Part shown: piece after piece, positions 1 to 9,336 of the stretch
Layout: each line of letters begins with the position of its first letter
Numbering within the stretch: the stretch's first letter is position 1
From: Candidatus Poribacteria bacterium
GTDB lineage: Bacteria > Poribacteria > WGA-4E > WGA-3G
Assembly: GCA_963665235.2 (NCBI GenBank)
Contig: CAXXLX010000002.1
Coordinates: forward strand, 256,001-320,000
Direction: 5' to 3'
Length of the DNA stretch: 64,000 nt
The notes under the pieces: generated by a model
Database searches by the model: none
What the model saw: the letters and a program-made list of their open reading frames with translations, nothing else
What the model was told of the DNA's origin: nothing
Program-made: the position numbers and the translations under genes

Positions 1-29
1 AATGCTCAGCAGCGAGGAAGTAACGACAA

Positions 30-1493
30 GTTTCAATTCCCTTCAAACGGGAAAGCACATGTGCACTGCTGCAAAATAAGGAGTCAATAAAATGACACGT
101 AAAGTTTCAATTCCCTTCAAACGGGAAAGCACATGTGCACGAAACGATCTCACGCCCGAGGAATCACTAAAGGCTTTAGAGTTTCAATTCCCTTCAAACG
201 GGAAAGCACATGTGCACGGTCGGTTCCGCGGCTGCGTTTTTCCTTTACAGGAAGTGTTTCAATTCCCTTCAAACGGGAAAGCACATGTGCACGAGAAGGC
301 AACGGTTGCCGGACTAAAATCATATCTCCGAGAAGTTTCAATTCCCTTCAAACGGGAAAGCACATGTGCACCTATTGGCTTTCGCTTTCATGGCTTTCGC
401 AGCTCCCAGTTTCAATTCCCTTCAAACGGGAAAGCACATGTGCACGAAAATTCTTATAGACTGCTCGTCCTATGATTATGATGTTTCAATTCCCTTCAAA
501 CGGGAAAGCACATGTGCACAAGGGTATTGGATCTCCGCAACGTTGCTAATGAGAGTTTCAATTCCCTTCAAACGGGAAAGCACATGTGCACGCACGAAGC
601 ACGGAATAATTTCCTCTACGACATGGAGCTCTGTTTCAATTCCCTTCAAACGGGAAAGCACATGTGCACAACAGTTGGTCTATTCGTTGCCTGATTCGTG
701 GGTTAGTTTCAATTCCCTTCAAACGGGAAAGCACATGTGCACAAACAGGCTTCTCAAAAGTTAGAACAAGAAAAGGAGCTGTTTCAATTCCCTTCAAACG
801 GGAAAGCACATGTGCACTAGGAGGAGAAGGAGGTGGAGTATAATGGCGTTAATAGCGTTTCAATTCCCTTCAAACGGGAAAGCACATGTGCACCGACAAC
901 ATGAAGCAGATGGTTGCTTTTTACCGTGACATGTTTCAATTCCCTTCAAACGGGAAAGCACATGTGCACGCTCCTGTATGGACCAGGAAACTGAATCGTT
1001 CTTTCTTGTTTCAATTCCCTTCAAACGGGAAAGCACATGTGCACCAATTAACTAAACTAATGGGGTCTCTGTACCCCGAGGAGTTTCAATTCCCTTCAAA
1101 CGGGAAAGCACATGTGCACGAGGACTTATGTCCAAGTCCAAAACTTATTTCGGCTTGTTTCAATTCCCTTCAAACGGGAAAGCACATGTGCACTGCATCA
1201 GATCCAATGGTTGGTGAACGTGCAAGTAGATGTTTCAATTCCCTTCAAACGGGAAAGCACATGTGCACCAAGACCCTCAAAAAAGGTTTGGAGGCAAAAG
1301 AAGTTTCAATTCCCTTCAAACGGGAAAGCACATGTGCACGTAACTATAAACTTCATAACGCATATGGCTTTAAGGAGGTTAAGTTTCAATTCCCTTCAAA
1401 CGGGAAAGCACATGTGCACACATTACGAGCGTATGGAGTATACCGACAGGTATATTGTTTCAATTCCCTTCAAACGGGAAAGCACATGTGCAC
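30..1493 (-). CRISPR. CRISPR array, 20 identical 37-bp repeats and 19 complete spacers (34-43 bp); continues beyond the window start
   Basis: + strand repeat GTTTCAATTCCCTTCAAACGGGAAAGCACATGTGCAC at 30,104,181,256,335,409,483,555,633,706,781,857,933,1008,1083,1157,1232,1303,1383,1457. On the minus strand it reads GTGCACATGTGCTTTCCCGTTTGAAGGGAATTGAAAC, ending in the ATTGAAAC crRNA handle. Leader and promoter lie to the right. Confidence 0.99.
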
Positions 1494-1760
1494 TTACCCT
1501 ATTTTCGACCCACTCCACGCTTGACTCCGGAACCCCTGATTCAAACGCGAACTGCGCGGGGCTTTTTTTTACTCAAAAATTGGAGCGAAAATCGCCTAAA
1601 CCCTTATGAATACTGACTCAAACGCGATTTTTACCGAAAAACACGAGAGAATTCAGTCACCGTATAGGTTTATGGGCTATTTCATCAAGCGATTCAGCTC
1701 AAGGTCGAATCGCGTTTGTTTTACGTTATTAAGTATACCACAGATTTGCATAAATGTCAA
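1494..1760 (-). promoter_or_regulatory. CRISPR leader with sigma70 promoter
   Basis: Minus strand TTGACA (1760-1755), 17 nt, TATACT (1737-1732), pointing into the array; AT-rich non-coding DNA between the cas1 3' end and the first repeat. Confidence 0.85.
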
Positions 1761-1819
1761 ATTTTTTTTGCGATTTTTTTCAAAAAAACGAAAATTTCGT
1801 AATTTTAGCGGATAAATGC

Positions 1820-2012
1820 GGAGGGGGGTGGAAGAGGGGAAGGGGGAAGGATGGAAGAGGTCATAACATGCAGTCAGATGGATAGCAATCGTGCGCGTGG
1901 GTGGAAGGATGGAAGAGGGGAAAGGAGGCAAGATGGAAAGATGAAAGAAGCATCCAAAACGACATCGCAGCCGGAGATGCAAAAAAGAAGGGGGAAGGAT
2001 GGAAGAGGAGAG
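1820..2012. repeat. Degenerate purine-rich GGAAG(G/A)N(T/G) microsatellite
   Basis: Recurrent GGAAGGAT/GGAAGAGG units; same family at 28837-28937 and 37947-37990. Confidence 0.65.
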
Positions 2013-2062
2013 GTGGGGGACAGATGTCCCCCACGTAGCGGGTCTAAAGTTTCACTAAATCT

Positions 2063-3049
2063 CTAAAGGAGAAACGGTTTGTATGCTGGCTCTTCGCCTG
2101 TAATTACGCGTGCCAGATGACGTGCCTGAAGTTCAATACAACGTAGGTAGGTCGTTTTCTCATTTCGTGCGGTGTCTTGGAAGGTCTGTTGCATCCGCCC
2201 GTAATAACCGACGAGAAAACGATCGAGTGCCTCCTTGGTGAATCGGATCCCTTTGGTTGTCTCTTCAAAGTCCTCCGGTTGCACCCGGTTGTTGTTGACG
2301 AGCGATAGCACATAGCCATCTACGATAATCTGTCGGAACTCCTCCATCAGATCGGAGGCTAATGTGGCATGCCCGTGTTTGGGTTGATGAAAATAACCGC
2401 AGTATGGATCGAATCCGACGACGTTGCTGAAGGCATACACGTGGTTGTATAGGAGCGTGTAGCCGAGTGAGAGCATGGCGTTAATCGGATCGGGGGGTGG
2501 TCGAAACTGCCGTGTTGTAAACTTCCAATCGTTTGAGAGAAATTGTCGGAAGGCACGGTAATATGCGGCGGTGCCTGCGCCTTCATATCCGAGCAGGGAT
2601 TCCAAATTTTGCGCTCCCTCAAGATTTTGGAGCGGCTTCTGAATTCCGCTGATGGCGGATTCGATTTCTGCGTTTTGCGTTCGTTGCCGTTTGCAGAAAC
2701 GGATTGCGTTTTTCAGCTTGCCACGCACAAATCCTTTTGCGAGTTCAAGACACTGCTGCGGATCGGCTGCTACGGTGTATTGACGTTGCCGGATGAGGAC
2801 ATCTCTGGCGTAGCCGGGTTGAAGTCTCCCTTTGTATGTGCCCCGTGAAGAGAGGAACGATACGGGAATGCCTTTGTTGAGTAAGTATCCCATCGTTTGT
2901 GTTGTGAGGTGACCGTTGCCGAAGATGATGACTTCGTCTAGTTGCACAATCGGGATTTCCTGAAGCACTTCGCGATTTTTTTTGACGATGACCTGGTTAC
3001 CAGATTTGTGAAGAACAGCTCCCTGTTGTGTGATGTAAAGAATTGCCAT
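2063..3049 (-). CDS. cas1: CRISPR-associated endonuclease Cas1
   Basis: MAILYITQQGAVL start; LLGYEG, DPINAMLSLGY, GYFH and LASDLMEEFR motifs; adjacent to the leader. Confidence 0.97.
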   Translation of the reverse strand: MAILYITQQGAVLHKSGNQVIVKKNREVLQEIPIVQLDEVIIFGNGHLTTQTMGYLLNKGIPVSFLSSRGTYKGRLQPGYARDVLIRQRQYTVAADPQQCLELAKGFVRGKLKNAIRFCKRQRTQNAEIESAISGIQKPLQNLEGAQNLESLLGYEGAGTAAYYRAFRQFLSNDWKFTTRQFRPPPDPINAMLSLGYTLLYNHVYAFSNVVGFDPYCGYFHQPKHGHATLASDLMEEFRQIIVDGYVLSLVNNNRVQPEDFEETTKGIRFTKEALDRFLVGYYGRMQQTFQDTARNEKTTYLRCIELQARHLARVITGEEPAYKPFLL

Positions 3050-3082
3050 TTTATGCCTCCTATGGCGCGATTTTTGATATTA

Positions 3083-3508
3083 TACCATTTTTATTAATTA
3101 TTCTATCATTACCGGTTGTTAGAAATGAAACGGAGAACGGAAGACACAAACTATAAGTTTATGCTACTACAAAGACGCACAAACTGGAAGTTTATGCTAC
3201 TACAAAGACGCACAAACTGGAAGTTTATGCTACTACAAAGACGCACAAACTGGAAGTTTATGCTACTACAAAGACGCACAAACTATAAGTTTATGCTACT
3301 ACAAAGACGCACAAACTGGAAGTTTATGCTACTACAAAGACGCACAAACTGGAAGTTTATGCTACTACAAAGACGCACAAACTATAAGTTTATGCTACTA
3401 CAAAGACGCACAAACTGGAAGTTTATGCTACTACAAAGACGCACAAACTGGAAGTTTATGCTACTACAAAGACGCACAAACTGGAAGTTTATGCTACTAC
3501 AAAGACGC
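3083..3508 (+). mobile_element. MITE family A copy with 11 x 33-bp tandem REP-like units; right end replaced by a MITE-B copy
   Basis: Begins TACCATTTTTATTAATTATTCTATCATTACCGGTTGTTAGAAATGAAACGGAGAACGGAAGAC, as at 29500, 31467, 58061 and (reverse) 61534. Unit ACAAACT(GG/AT)AAGTTTATGCTACTACAAAGACGC from 3146 to 3508. Confidence 0.85.
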
Positions 3509-3610
3509 AAATTTAACAGGACCATCGTAGGGGCGAGGTCGCCTCGCCCGCTAGGTCTGCCTCTAACTCCCATTAGCATAAGGGTTTATCAAAGCACTGC
3601 GTCCATCCTG
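3506..3610 (-). mobile_element. MITE family B copy (reverse) containing a GTAG-GGGCGAGG/CCTCGCCC REP hairpin
   Basis: Reverse complement resembles 63658-63771 (CAGGA...GATAAACCCTTATGCTAATGGGA.TTAGAGG...AAATTTGCGT). Confidence 0.7.
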
Positions 3611-3714
3611 ATTATAGTAGAGCCTGTAATTATTTGGCACACACGGCGGGATCCGCACGGGCTGGGTGACCCAGCCCCTACGAGTGTGTCGTGTGGGATC
3701 CCGGCCGAGTGCCA

Positions 3715-5151
3715 TTAAGCCTTTGTTTTCTGTGTGTCCCGTTTTTTGAAACGGCCGCCAAGCTGCGTAGCAATATTTTTCCCACGCTGGGCGGCATGTT
3801 GCACGGGCCGCGCGACTTGTGCTGCACCCCGTTTTAAGGCGTGTTGTACCTGGTTCTGCAAGATTTTCGCTTGCGAGTCGGGGACAGGTTGGTAACAACC
3901 ATCCTTGTCGAAGACGTGTCCGAGGAATTCTACGCTGTCATCGAAACGTGCGATTTGCGTCTTTTTAGGGTTCAATCCTAACTTGAGTGTCGCCAGCCGT
4001 TTTTGTGTTTGCTGTAGTGCATGTCGTGCGCGGCGTTCATTTCTGGTTAGGATGAGCAGGTCGTCTGCGTATCGCACAAGCCGTATACCTGCCCGCGTCA
4101 TCGCCTTGTCGAAGGGGTGCAGGTAGATGTTGGCTAACAAGGGTGAAAGCGGTGAACCCTGTATAATGCCGATTTTGCGTGGGCGACTCAGACGCTCCTT
4201 GACGATACCGCCCACAGTAGGTGCGGCAAGTGTTGCTACGACAAGCGGTGCAGCGAAGAGTAGGTGTTTTGCCGTGAGCCCCATCCATATCCGTTTTGAA
4301 TTTGCAAGGAGTAGTAATACCCCGTCTCGTCCTAAGTTTATTAATGCCTCCTTATTTGCATGAGACCAGAGTCCGTTATCTTTTACACGTTCCAGTTCGT
4401 CAATTTCCCAGGAATCTTCGGGCGGTATGGGTTGCATATCGCCGTATTCATCGGCATAATAGACGTTTTCAGGTGGTGTGCTAAGTCCTGAGCCGCGTTG
4501 CAGGATTTGGCTCATGACCCGTTCGACCCCCGCGCCTAAGCAGTGGGCGGTGTTTTCAATATGGGTGCTCCATGTCGGAAGCTTGGGCGGTTGTAAGATG
4601 CCTCCCATATCCAGCCACATCTGAATGAGGCGTAAGATTGCTGGCTCTTTCAGTGATGCCCGCAGAAAACGCATGAGAATTTGTGTGTCCATTCTGTCAA
4701 AGAAGTTCTCAATGTCCGCGTGAACGACCCATTCGTATCCCTCCGCTCGGATGGCGTTTACCTGGGCAACTGCATGGGGTACGCCGCGATTGGGACGGTA
4801 TGCGAAGCTGCACTCCAGGAATTTTGCCTCGTAAATCGGGGTGATGAGGTCGCAAACGGCACGTTGAACAATCCGATCTTTTAATGTCAGCACAGCGAGT
4901 TCGCGTGGGGTGCCGTTTGACTTCTTAATGATGAACTTCCGAAGTGGAAGCGGGTAATACCGTTCTTCAGCCAGCTCACGCGAGAGTTGACGGAGATGTT
5001 TCGCAAGGTTCGCCTCAAACTGTTGAATGGTAACGCCATCGCTACCGGGCCCTCCTTTGTTGCTTCGCACTTTTCGCCACGCGGCATGTAGGGTTTCGGG
5101 TTGACAGAGTTGTGTTGTGAGTGAATTATTTGGTGATGTGTAATCAAACAT
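3715..5151 (-). CDS. CRISPR-associated stand-alone reverse transcriptase (group II intron-like RT core) with a large internal insertion
   Basis: AWRKVRSNKGGPGSDG (RT0), KKSNG-RELAV-DRIVQRA, SFAYRPNRG, VHADIENFFD, QGSPLSPLLANIYL, RYADD, VEFLG. No maturase or endonuclease domain; lies between cas2 and cas1. Confidence 0.93.
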   Translation of the reverse strand: MFDYTSPNNSLTTQLCQPETLHAAWRKVRSNKGGPGSDGVTIQQFEANLAKHLRQLSRELAEERYYPLPLRKFIIKKSNGTPRELAVLTLKDRIVQRAVCDLITPIYEAKFLECSFAYRPNRGVPHAVAQVNAIRAEGYEWVVHADIENFFDRMDTQILMRFLRASLKEPAILRLIQMWLDMGGILQPPKLPTWSTHIENTAHCLGAGVERVMSQILQRGSGLSTPPENVYYADEYGDMQPIPPEDSWEIDELERVKDNGLWSHANKEALINLGRDGVLLLLANSKRIWMGLTAKHLLFAAPLVVATLAAPTVGGIVKERLSRPRKIGIIQGSPLSPLLANIYLHPFDKAMTRAGIRLVRYADDLLILTRNERRARHALQQTQKRLATLKLGLNPKKTQIARFDDSVEFLGHVFDKDGCYQPVPDSQAKILQNQVQHALKRGAAQVARPVQHAAQRGKNIATQLGGRFKKRDTQKTKA

Positions 5152-5265
5152 TTAGAATTCTCCTTTTAGGTGGGTTAAACGATTTGTAGCACAAACCTTT
5201 AGTTTGCGTCTTTTGATGCACAAACTAAATGAAGTTTAAATAACGTGATTTTGAAAAGAAGTTTC

Positions 5266-5430
5266 TTTAGTCCCGTAGGGACGATATCTTTATAGAAGCA
5301 GACGTTCCCCCCCCCCATTCTTAGTCCCATAGGGACGATATCTTTATAGAAGCAGACGTTTCCGCCCCAACTCTTAGTCCCAGTATTCGGGCAAGCAGCC
5401 CGCTCTTTAAGGACGATATCTTTATAGGGG
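5266..5430. repeat. Three tandem copies of the TTAGTCCC-N3-GGGACGATAT-TTTATAGAAGC hairpin repeat
   Basis: Copies near 5266, 5320 and (degenerate) 5373; family also at 29225-29300, 60072-60145 and, reversed, 38100-38175 and 45440-45520. Confidence 0.7.
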
Positions 5431-5557
5431 TTAGTGCAAACCGACATTTATTATCAAGCTCACGTTATAATTACTTGGACACTTTTACAATATTGGAAAC
5501 TATCAGCAGCAAAGTCGTGCTCGGAAGATTGTTCTTACGGAAGAAAATCGTGTTGAA

Positions 5558-5678
5558 ACCGATTGTATAGAGTCTGCAAGCAGTGAAAAGGATAGTAAAA
5601 TTTTTCAGATTTTACCGATCAACCGATTGTATAGAGTCTGCAAGCAATGAAAAGGATAGTAAAATTTTTCAGATTTTT
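5558..5678. repeat. ~57-bp direct duplication upstream of the RT gene
   Basis: AACCGATTGTATAGAGTCTGCAAGCA(G/A)TGAAAAGGATAGTAAAATTTTTCAGATTTT occurs twice (about 5558 and 5621). Confidence 0.85.
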
Positions 5679-5830
5679 TTTGAGGAGGGGGGATATATAG
5701 TAGACTTTAGAATTAATCGGACATTATGTTCGGACACAAGCATTCGGTGTTGATCGGATGCCTATGCTGTAGCACAAACTGGAAGTATGTGGCCGCATCC
5801 GCACAAACTGGAAGTATGTGCTACAATCTG

Positions 5831-7252
5831 CTACGGTGTGCTGAGCCCTGCATCAATTATCTGCAGCAATAACCGCTTACGGGTATGTTGTTCTCGGAGG
5901 TCTGCGAAATAAACACGCCACTGCTCTTCTTGACCAAGGTGCTGATAGAGTGCCCTTAATTCTATTAAATATGCCGAAACTTTCTCGTAAGCTTCACGTT
6001 TTCGGAAAAGCGCGGTCTGTTCAATAAGACTTTGATAGAGCAAAATGGCGGTATCGGGATAGTGTTGACCAAGAAGTGTGAGCAGCCGTTCGGTGAAATC
6101 TGGGATACGTTTGACAATTGGGCCCTGCAAAAGGGACGCGTATTCGGCAACGGATAGGGGGAATTCTTCAACTGCTTTCCATGCTGCATCGTCGCGCTGC
6201 TGTGTGAACAGCGCGTGTATCAACCGATACCCCTCCTTTTCACGTAGGGCAAGCTGGAGGTAATCTTCAGTTCGCTCATCGCGAAAATATAGGGCAAGTA
6301 AAAGTTGAACGTGTGCCTGTCGCTCGGGGCTTTCATCGAGACGTTGTTCAATTGTTGTGTGTAAATCTGATGGATTTTGCATTGCACAGAGCTGTTCAAG
6401 GTGGTGTGTGAGGATAGGTGTGAATACCGGTGCTGCTTCAAAACTGAGTGACAGCAGCAGGCGGCAGTGTTCAGACAAGGTCTCAGGTGTAGCCCCGGTG
6501 TTTTTGAAACCTACTGACATCGGCTCTTGCGTGTTGAGGACAATGCGCGTGAACTGCTTTGTGCATTTTTTAACAAATCGGGGCAATTCATTCCGCTGGA
6601 GCGTGTCAGGATAATGCACAATTGATTGGTGTATGAGAGCATGGAGGAGGGCGAGCGCGAATTCCGTTTCGCCTACCTGTGCAAGTGATTCGGCATGCAT
6701 GAGGAGCTCTTCAAGTTGAGCTAACACCTGTTGAAGTTGATGTTGTTCCAGAAAGCTGTCTCCAAAAATGGTGTTGAGCTGTTCTCGGTAAGCCGTAACG
6801 AGTGGAATCGGGTCAGTTTGAGGGGGTGTATCCGGAATATCTGTCCATCCCTGCACTACACGTGCCAATGCTGGCCTTCGCTTGAGCATCTCCATAATGA
6901 TGTGCAAAAGCTGTTCCTTCGGTTTTTTCGCAAGCGTAGCAAGCAGGGTGTCGACAGAACAGAGCACCTCCGGCGCGTGAATGTAGGTCAACAGCAGTGC
7001 GACGATATGCTTACAATCTCCTTCACCGCCGTAAGGACATGAACAGGACGCGGCGGCAATCCCTGTGGGTATCAATTCCACAGACACCTTATACGGTTTC
7101 GGATATGTCCCGCGGCATGTTGCTGACAACGTATAGCCGTGGAGTACCGGGTTGCCAATTGCGCCATCGTGGAAGTATTCCAGGCCGCGTGTGAAACTCC
7201 GTTCTGTGCAGCGGTGTTTTATCTGAGCGTAGGTAAGGTGAGGACTTTGCAT
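5831..7252 (-). CDS. SWIM zinc-finger domain protein with a helical C-terminal region
   Basis: SFTRGLEYF...YKVSV...CSCPYGGEGDCKHIVALLL (CxC...CxH). Likely ATG at 7252 lies 1 nt after the cas2 stop. Confidence 0.85.
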   Translation of the reverse strand: MQSPHLTYAQIKHRCTERSFTRGLEYFHDGAIGNPVLHGYTLSATCRGTYPKPYKVSVELIPTGIAAASCSCPYGGEGDCKHIVALLLTYIHAPEVLCSVDTLLATLAKKPKEQLLHIIMEMLKRRPALARVVQGWTDIPDTPPQTDPIPLVTAYREQLNTIFGDSFLEQHQLQQVLAQLEELLMHAESLAQVGETEFALALLHALIHQSIVHYPDTLQRNELPRFVKKCTKQFTRIVLNTQEPMSVGFKNTGATPETLSEHCRLLLSLSFEAAPVFTPILTHHLEQLCAMQNPSDLHTTIEQRLDESPERQAHVQLLLALYFRDERTEDYLQLALREKEGYRLIHALFTQQRDDAAWKAVEEFPLSVAEYASLLQGPIVKRIPDFTERLLTLLGQHYPDTAILLYQSLIEQTALFRKREAYEKVSAYLIELRALYQHLGQEEQWRVYFADLREQHTRKRLLLQIIDAGLSTP

Positions 7253-7253
7253 A

Positions 7254-7529
7254 TCAAACCACGATTGTCTTGGGCTCTGATGTGACATCCCCCACAGCAG
7301 GCACTTCGACCCGTCCTACACAAGCATTACAGAGTGCATAGTAGCGAACTGAATCCTTATCAGGGTCTATGATGTTCACAACGGCGCGTTTCATTTGATC
7401 AAATTGGGAATGGGTGAGATGCGCTTCAAAGACGCTGTACTGGACGCGGGTGCCGAACCCTTTGAGTGTTTTGGCGAGTTGGGTGCGCCGCTGGTCGTCC
7501 GGAATGTCGTAAGAGATTACATAGAACAC
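7254..7529 (-). CDS. cas2: CRISPR-associated endoribonuclease Cas2
   Basis: VISYDIPDDQRR...GFGTRVQYSVFE...DSVRYY. Probable GTG start at 7529. Confidence 0.96.
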   Translation of the reverse strand: MFYVISYDIPDDQRRTQLAKTLKGFGTRVQYSVFEAHLTHSQFDQMKRAVVNIIDPDKDSVRYYALCNACVGRVEVPAVGDVTSEPKTIVV

Positions 7530-7610
7530 CGAATTTATCCTCCGTAGTAGCACAAACTTCCTAGTTTATGGCATGTAGCACAAGCTTCCTAGTTTGTGAC
7601 ATAAGGAGAC

Positions 7611-8579
7611 CTAAGGAAACACCCCGACGATGTGGTACTGTCCATATCCGAATGCTGTATGATGCCCGATATGTAGATATTTGCCGAGAACGATTAGCGG
7701 AAGGAAGGGTTTTATGTCCCCCTCAAAACGAATCTTGCCTCTGAATCCACTCATCGGAACTGATGTCTCCTGCCGATAAGAATATCTATCTCGCGGTAAC
7801 CACTGCAAACCGGAGGTATGCCTGACACCGCTGGCTTCCTTGATTAGGGCGGGTGCGTCTACGTCCAAATCCTCGCCGCAGTGACATAAACTCAAGAAAC
7901 GGATACGCCGGAGCAGGTTGCGGATGAGATGTTCAAACGTCAGATTGCTTGTCCAGCGTCCGTTGACCTTTATGCTGGTGGGGGTGAGAAAATCAAGTTC
8001 AAGTTCATCTGTAATGTGAGGTGCAACTCGTCCCACGTCATCAAGTCCGAGCAGGAGTCCATCGTCTGTCAGCATCTGATCCGTTGCGGTGTAGATTGTG
8101 TGACCCGGCTCTTCATCGGACGCGGGTAGGCTTTCGACTGTTTCCAGTAAACACCGCCCGCGCTGGTCTTTAAGTCCGATTCGTTGGATGCCCATCCTGT
8201 GGAAGGTAAATACCATCCATGGGAGTACCGCTATCGCCTCTCCGATGAGGATCAGATTACACTTGAAGGTGTCGCCTGGAGCGTATCGGACTTTGCCGGT
8301 ACGGGGTGGTTCAAGTACGAACGGATGTGGTGCGTACGTCTGTCCTCGGAGGACAGGACTGTCCTGCGGCACTGGCGTTTCAAAGCATCTGGAGTAGACG
8401 CATTGGTCCGGAAAGTGACACTGGTTTTCGCACTGCTGTTCGGTGCCGATGCAGACGGTGTGCCGGAGGACGTATCCAAATCTGCCTCTGAAGATGTTGC
8501 CTTTGTAGGCTGGCATCTTCAGGGGCTCTTGGACGGTGTATGTGAAGCGGTAACGCGCGAAGCGGAAGTTTTTGAGCAT
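7611..8579 (-). CDS. cas6: crRNA-processing endoribonuclease Cas6 (Cys-cluster type)
   Basis: GNIFRGRFG, Cys cluster, F-TPT, C-terminal G-loop HIGHHTAFGYGQY. Probable start MLKNFRF at 8579. Confidence 0.92.
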   Translation of the reverse strand: MLKNFRFARYRFTYTVQEPLKMPAYKGNIFRGRFGYVLRHTVCIGTEQQCENQCHFPDQCVYSRCFETPVPQDSPVLRGQTYAPHPFVLEPPRTGKVRYAPGDTFKCNLILIGEAIAVLPWMVFTFHRMGIQRIGLKDQRGRCLLETVESLPASDEEPGHTIYTATDQMLTDDGLLLGLDDVGRVAPHITDELELDFLTPTSIKVNGRWTSNLTFEHLIRNLLRRIRFLSLCHCGEDLDVDAPALIKEASGVRHTSGLQWLPRDRYSYRQETSVPMSGFRGKIRFEGDIKPFLPLIVLGKYLHIGHHTAFGYGQYHIVGVFP

Positions 8580-8595
8580 GGGGGTTGTTGGTTCA

Positions 8596-9336
8596 TTACG
8601 CATCAGCGTTAGTCTTGGTTGCTTCAGCATCCGCATCCGAGTTAGGACATGTTGTTTCCGCGGGTTCCGACTCTGCACAAAGTAGGTCAGTAGACGGTAT
8701 TAAGGGCGTTTTGTCTGATTTGCGTACGAGTGCCACAAGGGCAGCATCAACAATACCTGCTAAATGGTATTTGGGGTCATAGTCTACTACTTGTTTGAGT
8801 TCTAGCCGTAGGGGCAAGTTCTTTTCTGCCAATTTTACATCCTTCAACGGTGGTATCCAGATTTCTGCTCCTCGGTCTTCTCGCAATTTTACCCAGCGTG
8901 TCTGTGTGCATTTAACGTCGGTACCCCACAAGGCGTGGTATTCTGTTAGAGCCTCTCTCTTTTTCCGAGACTTTTCTGGATTGTCCTGATCGTTTTCATT
9001 ACAACCGATCCAAACGTGCTTTTCGTCTTCGACATCAAATTCCAGCAGGCGTGCATAATGTTTGCCATCCCAATCTCGCCAGACGTGCCATTCGCCTTTC
9101 TCACCGAAAAGACGGAGATCGCTCACCAGTTCCCAATCCGGTTTCCATTTTGATTCTTTTTCCGATTCTGATTCTTTATATGGGGGCCAGCAGATGTCGT
9201 TTGGGGATACTACGCCAAAGCCGATAAACCCTGGTTCTTGCACCAAAACCCATGCTAAATCTTTTTCGGTAACATTGGACAGATGGCCACAAACCCATGA
9301 TTCATTGAGTTCTTCTATATGCGTTTTATTCGGCAT
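8596..9336 (-). CDS. csx19: Type III-D subunit Csx19
   Basis: LRLFGEKGEWHVW and YHALWGT motifs; follows the Cas7-Cas7 gene. Probable start MPNKTH at 9336. Confidence 0.8.
   Translation of the reverse strand: MPNKTHIEELNESWVCGHLSNVTEKDLAWVLVQEPGFIGFGVVSPNDICWPPYKESESEKESKWKPDWELVSDLRLFGEKGEWHVWRDWDGKHYARLLEFDVEDEKHVWIGCNENDQDNPEKSRKKREALTEYHALWGTDVKCTQTRWVKLREDRGAEIWIPPLKDVKLAEKNLPLRLELKQVVDYDPKYHLAGIVDAALVALVRKSDKTPLIPSTDLLCAESEPAETTCPNSDADAEATKTNADA

Noticed and set aside
30-1493. Self-targeting or duplicated spacers
   Set aside because: None noticed by eye within the window; a proper alignment was not possible.
92-1609. ORFs with repeated VSIPFKRESTCA / FQFPSNGKAHVH peptides
   Set aside because: They are translations of the CRISPR repeats.
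3116-3718. 200-aa repeat ORF, or a second CRISPR-like/RT-template array between RT and cas1
   Set aside because: The units have no unique spacers, and the same element occurs four more times far from the RT. It is a dispersed MITE/REP array, so an RT-specific role is unsupported.
3715-5151. RT as a group II intron, retron or DGR
   Set aside because: No maturase domain or intron domain V seen, no retron VTG motif, no TR/VR pair or avd gene. The cas2/cas1 context explains it.
5199-5447. 82-aa ORF upstream of the RT
   Set aside because: It is a translation of the tandem hairpin repeat found elsewhere in the window.
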